Origin: Auanema rhodensis
Taxonomy: Eukaryota > Animalia > Nematoda
Length of the DNA stretch: 64,000 nt
Reading direction: 5' to 3'
Assembly: GCA_964057225.1 (NCBI GenBank)
Contig: OZ059899.1
Location: 1,240,001-1,304,000, forward strand
Shown: piece after piece, positions 1-10,850 of the stretch
Position numbering within the stretch: position 1 is the first letter of the stretch
Layout of the letters: each line of letters starts with the position of its first letter
The notes under the pieces: model-generated
Told to the model about the DNA's origin: nothing
Seen by the model: the letters and a program-made list of their open reading frames with translations, nothing else
Database searches by the model: none
Translations under genes and position numbers: made by a program

Positions 1-13
1 GATGCATTAGTGT

Positions 14-41
14 ATGTTGAGTTTCCATGTACACTCAACAT
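14..41. other. Intra-monomer inverted repeat 1: 9-bp stem ATGTTGAGT/ACTCAACAT with a 10-nt loop (recurs in each monomer)
   Basis: 14-22 ATGTTGAGT is the exact reverse complement of 33-41 ACTCAACAT. Confidence 0.9.
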
Positions 42-55
42 TGCTTCCAAAAACA

Positions 56-88
56 TTTTGACAAAAATTTTTTCGAAAAATTTCAAAA
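56..88. other. Intra-monomer palindrome TTTTTCGAAAAA (69-80) with imperfect extensions (AAA/TTT, TTTTGA/TCAAAA), inside an A-tract-rich segment
   Basis: 12-bp perfect palindrome centred on TCGA. TTTTGA (56-61) is complementary to TCAAAA (83-88). Confidence 0.8.
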
Positions 89-191
89 TAATTTAGCAAA
101 AAGTAGATGTTTTTAAATTCCTTTTTTTAAGGCAAAGACGATGGACAATGTTATTCAACGAAAAAATTAATTCTTCAGGGTGAAAATCGAG

Positions 192-213
192 GATATAAGT
201 GTGAACTTATATC
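192..213. other. Intra-monomer inverted repeat: 9-bp stem GATATAAGT/ACTTATATC closing a GTGA tetraloop
   Basis: 192-200 is the exact reverse complement of 205-213. The loop at 201-204 is GTGA. Confidence 0.9.
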
Positions 214-223
214 AGTTGATATC

Positions 224-290
224 TCGGTGCATTTTTAAGCTAGCGCAAATCTGATAACACAGATCGACGCAGCTTAAAAATCCGCATCGA
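224..290. other. Intra-monomer long imperfect hairpin (67 nt, about 26 bp paired)
   Basis: TCGGTGC(224-230) pairs with GCATCGA(284-290) with one G-T. ATTTTTAAGCT(231-241) pairs perfectly with AGCTTAAAAAT(271-281), 11 bp. GCG(243-245) pairs with CGC(268-270). ATCTG(249-253) pairs with CAGAT(260-264). The loop is ATAACA. Confidence 0.88.
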
Positions 291-304
291 ATGCACTATA
301 CTAC

Positions 305-321
305 ATCAAGAAACGCTTGAT
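305..321. other. Intra-monomer 6-bp stem ATCAAG/CTTGAT with an AAACG loop; arms polymorphic among monomers
   Basis: 305-310 is the reverse complement of 316-321. Variants seen include ATTGAG..CTTAAT, ATTGAG..CTCAAT and ATCGAG..CTTGAT. Confidence 0.8.
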
Positions 322-3300
322 ACAAAAATTAGTTATGATCGTTTGAAAAATGATGCATTAGTGTATGTTGAGTTTCCATGTACACTCAACATTGCTTCCA
401 AAAACATTTTGACAAAAATTTTTTCGAAAAATTTCAAAATAATTTAGCAAAAAGTAGATGTTTTTAAATTCCTTTTTTTAAGGCAAAGACGATGGACAAT
501 GTTATTCAACGAAAAAATTAATTCTTCAGGGTGAAAATCGAGAATATAAGTGTGAACTTATATCAGTTGATATCTCGGTGCATTTTTAAGCTAGCGCAAA
601 TCTGATAACACAGATCGACGCAGCTTAAAAATCCGCATCGAATGCACTATACTACATTGAGAAACGCTTAATACAAAAATTAGTTATGATCGTTTGAAAA
701 ATGATGCATTAGTGTATGTTGAGTTTCCATGTACACTCAACATTGCTTCCAAAAACATTTTGACAAAAATTTTTTCGAAAAATTTCAAAATAATTCAGCA
801 AAAAGTAGATGTTTATAGATTCCTTTTTTCAAGGCAAAGACGATGGACAATGTTATTCAACGAAAAAATTAATTCTTCAGGGTGAAAATCGAGGATATAA
901 GTGTGAACTTATATCAGTTGATATCTCGGTGCATTTTTAAGCTAGCGCAAATCTGATAACACAGATCGACGCAGCTTAAAAATCCGCATCGAATGCACTA
1001 TACTACATCAAGAAACGCTTGATACAAAAATTAGTTATGATCGTTTGAAAAATGATGCATTAGTGTATGTTGAGTTTCCATGTACACTCAACATTGCTTC
1101 CAAAAACATTTTGACAAAAATTTTTTCGAAAAATTTCAAAATAATTTAGCAAAAAGTAGATGTTTTTAAATTCCTTTTTTTAAGGCAAAGACGATGGACA
1201 ATGTTTTTCAACGAAAAAATTAATTCTTCAGGGTGAAAATCGAGAATATAAGTGTGAACTTATATCAGTTGATATCTCGGTGCATTTTTAAGCTAGCGCA
1301 AATCTGATAACACAGATCGACGCAGCTTAAAAATCCGCATCGAATACACTATACTACATTGAGAAACGCTTAATACAAAAATTAGTTATGATCGTTTGAA
1401 AAATGATGCATTAGTGTATGTTGAGTTTCCATGTACACTCAACATTGCTTCCAAAAACATTTTGACAAAAATTTTTTCGAAAAATTTCAAAATAATTCAG
1501 CAAAAAGTAGATGTTTATAGATTCCTTTTTTCAAGGCAAAGACGATGGACAATGTTATTCAACGAAAAAATTAATTCTTCAGGGTGAAAATCGAGGATAT
1601 AAGTGTGAACTTATATCAGTTGATATCTCGGTGCATTTTTCAGCTAGCGCAAATCTGATAACACAGATCGACGCAGCTTAAAAATCCGCATCGAATGCAC
1701 TATACTACATCGAGAAACGCTTGATACAAAAAATTAGTTATGATCGTTTGAAAAATGATGCATTAGTGTATGTTGAGTTTCCATGTACACTCAACATTGC
1801 TTCCAAAAACATTTTGACAAAAATTTTTTCGAAAAATTTCAAAATAATTCAGCAAAAAGTAGATGTTTATAGATTCCTTTTTTCAAGGCAAAGACGATGG
1901 ACAATGTTATTCAACGAAAAAATTAATTCTTCAGGGTGAAAATCGAGGATATAAGTGTGAACTTATATCAGTTGATATCTCGGTGCATTTTTAAGCTAGC
2001 GCAAATCTGATAACACAGATCGACGCAGCTTAAAAATCCGCATCGAATGCATTATACTACATCGAGAAACGCTTGATACAAAAATTAGTTATGATCGTTT
2101 GAAAAATGATGCATTAGTGTATGTTGAGTTTCCATGTACACTCAACATTGCTTCCAAAAACATTTTGACAAAAATTTTTTCGAAAAATTTCAAAATAATT
2201 TAGCAAAAAGTAGATGTTTTTAGATTCCATTTTTCAAGGCAAAGACGATAGACAATGTTATTCAACGAAAAAATTAATTCTTCAGGGTGAAAATCGAGGA
2301 TATAAGTGTGAACTTATATCAGTTGATATCTCGGTGCATTTTTAAGCTAGCGCAAATCTGATAACACAGATCGACGCAGCTTAAAAATCCGCATCGAATG
2401 CACTATACTACATCAAGAAACGCTTGATACAAAAATTAGTTATGATCGTTTGAAAAATGATGCATTAGTGTATGTTGAGTTTCCATGTACACTCAACATT
2501 GCTTCCAAAAACATTTTGACAAAAATTTTTTCGAAAAATTTCAAAATAATTTAGCAAAAAGTAGATGTTTTTAAATTCCTTTTTTCAAGGCAAAGACGAT
2601 GGACAATGTTATTCAACGAAAAAATTAATTCTTCAGGGTGAAAATCGAGAATATAAGTGTGAACTTATATCAGTTGATATCTCGGTGCATTTTTAAGCTA
2701 GCGCAAATCTGATAACACAGATCGACGCAGCTTAAAAATCCGCATCGAATGCACTATACTACATTGAGAAACGCTTAATACAAAAATTAGTTATGATCGT
2801 TTGAAAAATGATGCATTAGTGTATGTTGAGTTTCCATGTACACTCAACATTGCTTCCAAAAACATTTTGACAAAAATTTTTTCGAAAAATTTCAAAATAA
2901 TTCAGCAAAAAGTAGATGTTTATAGATTCCTTTTTTCAAGGCAAAGACGATGGACAATGTTATTCAACGAAAAAACTAATTCTTCAGGGTGAAAATCGAG
3001 GATATAAGTGTGAACTTATATCAGTTGATATCTCGGTGCATTTTTAAGCTAGCGCAAATCTGATAACACAGATCGACGCAGCTTAAAAATCCGCATCGAA
3101 TGCACTATACTACATCGAGAAACGCTTGATACAAAAATTAGTTATGATCGTTTGAAAAATGATGCATTAGTGTATGTTGAGTTTCCATGTACACTCAACA
3201 TTGCTTCCAAAAACATTTTGACAAAAATTTTTTCGAAAAATTTCAAAATAATTCAGCAAAAAGTAGATGTTTATAGATTCCTTTTTTCAAGGCAAAGACG

Positions 3301-5925
3301 ATGGGCAATGTTATTCAACGAAAAAATTAATTCTTCAGGGTGAAAATCGAGGATATAAGTGTGAACTTATATCAGTTGATATCTCGGTGCATTTTTAAGC
3401 TAGCGCAAATCTGATAACACAGATCGACGCAGCTTAAAAATCCGCATCGAATGCACTATACTACATCGAGAAACGCTTGATACAAAAATTAGTTATGATC
3501 GTTTGAAAAATGATGCATTAGTGTATGTTGAGTTTCCATGTACACTCAACATTGCTTCCAAAAACATTTTGACAAAAATTTTTTCGAAAAATTTCAAAAT
3601 AATTTAGCAAAAAGTAGATGTTTTTAGATTCCATTTTTCAAGGCAAAGACGATAGACAATGTTATTCAACGAAAAAATTAATTCTTCAGGGTGAAAATCG
3701 AGGATATAAGTGTGAACTTATATCAGTTGATATCTCGGTGCATTTTTAAGCTAGCGCAAATCTGATAACACAGATCGACGCAGCTTAAAAATCCGCATCG
3801 AATGCACTATACTACATCAAGAAACGCTTGATACAAAAATTAGTTATGATCGTTTGAAAAATGATGCATTAGTGTATGTTGAGTTTCCATGTACACTCAA
3901 CATTGCTTCCAAAAACATTTTGACAAAAATTTTTTCGAAAAATTTCAAAATAATTCAGCAAAAAGTAGATGTTTATAGATTCCTTTTTTCAAGGCAAAGA
4001 CGATGGACAATGTTATTCAACGAAAAAATTAATTCTTCAGGGTGAAAATCGAGAATATAAGTGTGAACTTATATCAGTTGATATCTCGGTGCATATTTAA
4101 GCTAGCGCAAATCTGATAACACAGATCGACGCAGCTTAAAAATCCGCATCGAATGCACTATACTACATCGAGAAACGCTTGATACAAAAATTAGTTATGA
4201 TCGTTTGAAAAATGATGCATTAGTGTATGTTGAGTTTCCATGTACACTCAACATTGCTTCCAAAAACATTTTGACAAAAATTTTTTCAAAAAATTTCAAA
4301 ATAATTTAGCAAAAAGTAGATGTTTTTAGATTCCATTTTTCAAGGCAAAGACGATAGACAATGTTATTCAACGAAAAAATTAATTCTTCAGGGTGAAAAT
4401 CGAGAATATAAGTGTGAACTTATATCAGTTGATATCTCGGTGCATTTTTAAGCTAGCGCAAATCTGATAACACAGATTTGACGCAGCTTAAAAATCCGCA
4501 TCAAATGCACTCTACTACATTGAGAAACGCTTAATACAAAAATTAGTTATGATCGTTTGAAAAATGATGCATTAGTGTATGTTGAGTTTCCATGTACACT
4601 CAACATTGCTTCCAAAAACATTTTGACAAAAATTTTTTCGAAAAATTTCAAAATAATTCAGCAAAAAGTAGATGTTTATAGATTCCTTTTTTCAAGGCAA
4701 AGACGATGGACAATGTTTTTCAACAAAAAAATTAATTCTTCAGGGTGAAAATCGAGGATATAAGTGTGAACTTATATCAGTTGATATCTCGGTGCATTTT
4801 TAAGCTAGCGCAAATCTGATAACACAGATCGACGCAGCTTAAAAATCCGCATCGAATGCACTATACTACATCGAGAAACGCTTAATACAAAAATTAGTTA
4901 TGATCGTTTGAAAAATGATGCATTAGTGTATGTTGAGTTTCCATGTACACTCAACATTGCTTCCAAAAACATTTTGACAAAAATTTTTTCGAAAAATTTC
5001 AAAATAATTCAGCAAAAAGTAGATGTTTATAGATTCCTTTTTTCAAGGCAAAGACGATGGACAATGTTATTCAACGAAAAAATTAATTCTTCAGGGTGAA
5101 AATCGAGAATATAAGTGTGAACTTATATCAGTTGATATCTCGGTGCATTTTTAAGCTAGCGCAAATCTGATAACACAGATCGACGCAGCTTAAAATTCCG
5201 CATCGAATGCACTATACTACATTGAGAAACGCTTAATACGAAAATTAGTTATGATCGTTTGAAAAATGATGCATTAGTGTATGTTGAGTTTCCACGTACA
5301 CTCAACATTGCTTCCAAAAACATTTTGACAAAAATTTTTTCGAAAAATTTCAAAATAATTCAGCAAAAAGTAGATGTTTATAGATTCCTTTTTTCAAGGC
5401 AAAGACGATGGACAATGTTATTCAACGAAAAAATTAATTCTTCAGGGTGAAAATCGAGAATATAAGTGTGAACTTATATCAGTTGATATCTCGGTGCATT
5501 TTTAAGCTAGCGCAAATCTGATAACACAGATCGACGCAGCTTAAAATTCCGCATCGAATGCACTATACTACATTGAGAAACGCTTAATACGAAAATTAGT
5601 TATGATCGTTTGAAAAATGATGCATTAGTGTATGTTGAGTTTCCACGTACACTCAACATTGCTTCCAAAAACATTTTGACAAAAATTTTTTCGAAAAATT
5701 TCAAAATAATTCAGCAAAAAGTAGATGTTTATAGATTCCTTTTTTCAAGGCAAAGACGATGGACAATGTTATTCAACGAAAAAATTAATTCTTCAGGGTG
5801 AAAATCGAGGATATAAGTGTGAACTTATATCAGTTGATATCTCGGTGCATTTTCAAGCTAGCGCAAATCTGATAACACAGATCGACGCAGCTTAAAAATC
5901 CGCATCGAATGCACTATACTACATC

Positions 5926-8900
5926 GAGAAACGCTTGATACAAAAATTAGTTATGATCGTTTGAAAAATGATGCATTAGTGTATGTTGAGTTTCCATGTA
6001 CACTCAACATTGCTTCCAAAAACATTTTGACAAAAATTTTTTCAAAAAATTTCAAAATAATTTAGCAAAAAGTAGATGTTTTTAGATTCCATTTTTCAAG
6101 GCAAAGACGATAGACAATGTTATTCAACGAAAAAATTAATTCTTCAGGGTGAAAATCGAGAATATAAGTGTGAACTTATATCAGTTGATATCTCGGTGCA
6201 TTTTTAAGCTAGCGCAAATCTGATAACACAGATCGACGCAGCTTAAAAATCCGCATCAAATGCACTCTACTACATTGAGAAACGCTTAATACAAAAATTA
6301 GTTATGATCGTTTGAAAAATGATGCATTAGTGTATGTTGAGTTTCCATGTACACTCAACATTGCTTCCAAAAACATTTTGACAAAAATTTTTTCGAAAAA
6401 TTTCAAAATAATTCAGCAAAAAGTAGATGTTTATAGATTCCTTTTTTCAAGGCAAAGACGATGGACAATGTTTTTCAACAAAAAAATTAATTCTTCAGGG
6501 TGAAAATCGAGGATATAAGTGTGAACTTATATCAGTTGATATCTCGGTGCATTTTTAAGCTAGCGCAAATCTGATAACACAGATCGACGCAGCTTAAAAA
6601 TCCGCATCGAATGCACTATACTACATCGAGAAACGCTTAATACAAAAATTAGTTATGATCGTTTGAAAAATGATGCATTAGTGTATGTTGAGTTTCCATG
6701 TACACTCAACATTGCTTCCAAAAACATTTTGACAAAAATTTTTTCGAAAAATTTCAAAATAATTCAGCAAAAAGTAGATGTTTATAGATTCCTTTTTTCA
6801 AGGCAAAGACGATGGACAATGTTATTCAACGAAAAAATTAATTCTTCAGGGTGAAAATCGAGGATATAAGTGTGAACTTATATCAGTTGATATCTCGGTG
6901 CATTTTTAAGCTAGCGCAAATCTGATAACACAGATCGACGCAGCTTAAAAATCCGCATCGAATGCACTATACTACGTCAAGAAACGCTTGATACAAAAAT
7001 TAGTTATGATCGTTTGAAAAATGATGCATTAGTGTATGTTGAGTTTCCATGTACACTCAACATTGCTTCCAAAAACATTTTGACAAAAATTTTTTCGAAA
7101 AATTTCAAAATAATTTAGCAAAAAGTAGATGTTTTTAAATTCCTTTTTTTAAGGCAAAGACGATGGACAATGTTATTCAACGAAAAAATTAATTCTTCAG
7201 GGTGAAAATCGAGAATATAAGTGTGAACTTATATCAGTTGATATCTCGGTGCATTTTTAAGCTAGCGCAAATCTGATAACACAGATCGACGCAGCTTAAA
7301 ATTCCGCATCGAATGCACTATACTACATTGAGAAACGCTTAATACGAAAACTAGTTATGATCGTTTGAAAAATGATGCATTAGTGTATGTTGAGTTTCCA
7401 CGTACACTCAACATTGCTTCCAAAAACATTTTGACAAAAATTTTTTCGAAAAATTTCAAAATAATTCAGCAAAAAGTAGATGTTTATAGATTCCTTTTTT
7501 CAAGGCAAAGACGATGGACAATGTTATTCAACGAAAAAATTAATTCTTCAGGGTGAAAATCGAGGATATAAGTGTGAACTTATATCAGTTGATATCTCGG
7601 TGCATTTTTAAGCTAGCGCAAATCTGATAACACAGATCGACGCAGCTTAAAAATCCGCATCGAATGCACTATACTACATTGAGAAACGCTTAATACGAAA
7701 ATTAGTTATGATCGTTTGAAAAATGATGCATTAGTGTATGTTGAGTTTCCATGTACACTCAACATTGCTTCCAAAAACATTTTGACAAAAATTTTTTCGA
7801 AAAATTTCAAAATAATTTAGCGAAAAGTAGATGTTTTTAGATTTCGTTTTTCAAGGCAAAGACGATGGACAATGTTATTCAACGAAAAAATTAATTCTTC
7901 AGGGTGAAAATCGAGGAAGTAAGTGTGAACTTATATCAGTTGATATCTCGGTGCATTTTCAAGCTAGCGCAAATCTGATAACACAGATCGACGCAGCTCA
8001 AAAATCCGCATCGAATGCACTATACTACATTAACAAACGCTTAATACAAAAATTAGTTATGATCGTTTGAAAAATGATGCATTAGTGTATGTTGAGTTTC
8101 CATGTACACTCAACATTGCTTCCAAAAACATTTTGACAAAAATTTTTTCGAAAAATTTCAAAATAATTTAGCGAAAAGTAGATGTTTTTAGCTTCCGTTT
8201 TTCAAGGCAAAGACGATGGACAATGTTATTCAACGAAAAAATTAATTCTTCAGGGTGAAAATCGAGGATATAAGTGTGAACTTATATCAGTTGATATCTC
8301 GGTGCATTTTCAAGCTAGCGCAAATCTGATAACACAGATCGACGCAGCTCAAAAATCCGCATCGAATGCACTATACTACATTGAGAAACGCTTGATACAA
8401 AAATTAGTTATGATCGTTTGAAAAATGATGCATTAGTGTATGTTGAGTTTCCATGTACACTCAACATTGCTTCCAAAAACATTTTGACAAAAATTTTTTC
8501 AAAAAATTTCAAAATAATTTAGCAAAAAGTAGATGTTTTTAGATTCCATTTTTCAAGGCAAAGACGATAGACAATGTTATTCAACGAAAAAATTAATTCT
8601 TCAGGGTGAAAATCGAGAATATAAGTGTGAACTTATATCAGTTGATATCTCGGTGCATTTTTAAGCTAGCGCAAATCTGATAACACAGATCGACGCAGCT
8701 TAAAAATCCGCATCAAATGCACTCTACTACATTGAGAAACGCTTAATACAAAAATTAGTTATGATCGTTTGAAAAATGATGCATTAGTGTATGTTGAGTT
8801 TCCATGTACACTCAACATTGCTTCCAAAAACATTTTGACAAAAATTTTTTCGAAAAATTTCAAAATAATTCAGCAAAAAGTAGATGTTTATAGATTCCTT

Positions 8901-10850
8901 TTTTCAAGGCAAAGACGATGGACAATGTTTTTCAACAAAAAAATTAATTCTTCAGGGTGAAAATCGAGGATATAAGTGTGAACTTATATCAGTTGATATC
9001 TCGGTGCATTTTTAAGCTAGCGCAAATCTGATAACACAGATCGACGCAGCTTAAAAATCCGCATCGAATGCACTATACTACATCGAGAAACGCTTAATAC
9101 AAAAATTAGTTATGATCGTTTGAAAAATGATGCATTAGTGTATGTTGAGTTTCCATGTACACTCAACATTGCTTCCAAAAACATTTTGACAAAAATTTTT
9201 TCGAAAAATTTCAAAATAATTCAGCAAAAAGTAGATGTTTATAGATTCCTTTTTTCAAGGCAAAGACGATGGACAATGTTATTCAACGAAAAAATTAATT
9301 CTTCAGGGTGAAAATCGAGGATATAAGTGTGAACTTATATCAGTTGATATCTCGGTGCATTTTTAAGCTAGCGCAAATCTGATAACACAGATCGACGCAG
9401 CTTAAAAATCCGCATCGAATGCACTATACTACATCAAGAAACGCTTGATACAAAAATTAGTTATGATCGTTTGAAAAATGATGCATTAGTGTATGTTGAG
9501 TTTCCATGTACACTCAACATTGCTTCCAAAAACATTTTGACAAAAATTTTTTCGAAAAATTTCAAAATAATTTAGCAAAAAGTAGATGTTTTTAAATTCC
9601 TTTTTTTAAGGCAAAGACGATGGACAATGTTATTCAACGAAAAAATTAATTCTTCAGGGTGAAAATCGAGAATATAAGTGTGAACTTATATCAGTTGATA
9701 TCTCGGTGCATTTTTAAGCTAGCGCAAATCTGATAACACAGATCGACGCAGCTTAAAATTCCGCATCGAATGCACTATACTACATTGAGAAACGCTTAAT
9801 ACGAAAACTAGTTATGATCGTTTGAAAAATGATGCATTAGTGTATGTTGAGTTTCCACGTACACTCAACATTGCTTCCAAAAACATTTTGACAAAAATTT
9901 TTTCGAAAAATTTCAAAATAATTCAGCAAAAAGTAGATGTTTATAGATTCCTTTTTTCAAGGCAAAGACGATGGACAATGTTATTCAACGAAAAAATTAA
10001 TTCTTCAGGGTGAAAATCGAGGATATAAGTGTGAACTTATATCAGTTGATATCTCGGTGCATTTTTAAGCTAGCGCAAATCTGATAACACAGATCGACGC
10101 AGCTTAAAAATCCGCATCGAATGCACTATACTACATTGAGAAACGCTTAATACGAAAATTAGTTATGATCGTTTGAAAAATGATGCATTAGTGTATGTTG
10201 AGTTTCCATGTACACTCAACATTGCTTCCAAAAACATTTTGACAAAAATTTTTTCGAAAAATTTCAAAATAATTTAGCGAAAAGTAGATGTTTTTAGATT
10301 TCGTTTTTCAAGGCAAAGACGATGGACAATGTTATTCAACGAAAAAATTAATTCTTCAGGGTGAAAATCGAGGAAGTAAGTGTGAACTTATATCAGTTGA
10401 TATCTCGGTGCATTTTCAAGCTAGCGCAAATCTGATAACACAGATCGACGCAGCTCAAAAATCCGCATCGAATGCACTATACTACATTAACAAACGCTTA
10501 ATACAAAAATTAGTTATGATCGTTTGAAAAATGATGCATTAGTGTATGTTGAGTTTCCATGTACACTCAACATTGCTTCCAAAAACATTTTGACAAAAAT
10601 TTTTTCGAAAAATTTCAAAATAATTTAGCGAAAAGTAGATGTTTTTAGCTTCCGTTTTTCAAGGCAAAGACGATGGACAATGTTATTCAACGAAAAAATT
10701 AATTCTTCAGGGTGAAAATCGAGGATATAAGTGTGAACTTATATCAGTTGATATCTCGGTGCATTTTCAAGCTAGCGCAAATCTGATAACACAGATCGAC
10801 GCAGCTCAAAAATCCGCATCGAATGCACTATACTACATTGAGAAACGCTT
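5926..10850. repeat. 7-mer higher-order repeat (2457 bp) x2
   Basis: m17-23 match m24-30 variant for variant (TTCAAAAAA + GCACTCT, TTTTCAACA, GAAAACTAG, CCACGT, GGAAGTAAG + ATTAACAAAC, TAGCTTCCG). ORFs at 6312/6663/7365/7831/8182 recur at +2457. One difference noted: 6976 G vs 9433 A. Confidence 0.92.

Larger units (their letters stand above)
1..351. repeat. Reference monomer m0 (351 bp, about 31% GC, 12 CpG). Single NsiI (2-7), BsrGI (28-33), BstBI (72-77), EcoRV (218-223) and NheI (239-244) sites
   Basis: Read directly. Hand count gives about 56 G and 53 C in 351 bp. The monomer start point is arbitrary. Confidence 0.95.

Noticed and set aside
71-87. CENP-B box-like motif TTTCGAAAAATTTCAAA
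   Set aside because: It matches only TTCG....A and lacks the essential CGGG.
192-243. Helitron 3' end (hairpin followed by CTAG)
   Set aside because: The hairpin is AT-rich and about 26 nt from the CTAG, unlike the usual GC-rich hairpin roughly 10-12 nt upstream. No termini are visible in the window.
251-315. Possible satellite hammerhead ribozyme (CTGATAA ... GAAAC)
   Set aside because: The core requires CUGANGA. Here the conserved G8 is A (CTGATAA), the CTGA is buried in a different stem, and I could not build helices I-III with an NUH site. An Infernal search with Rfam hammerhead models would settle it.
1-351. 5S rRNA, tRNA, snRNA or spliced-leader tandem gene unit
   Set aside because: No recognisable 5S, tRNA cloverleaf, Pol III box, or SL sequence on either strand. 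This was checked by eye only, and an Rfam scan was not possible.
1-351. Monomer as a diverged dimer of about 175-bp subunits
   Set aside because: No convincing direct similarity between the two halves by inspection.
1-351. Assignment to a named satellite (Drosophila 1.688/359-bp, Tribolium or Pimelia ~350-360-bp families)
   Set aside because: Only the length and AT-richness are similar. I cannot confirm sequence homology without a search.
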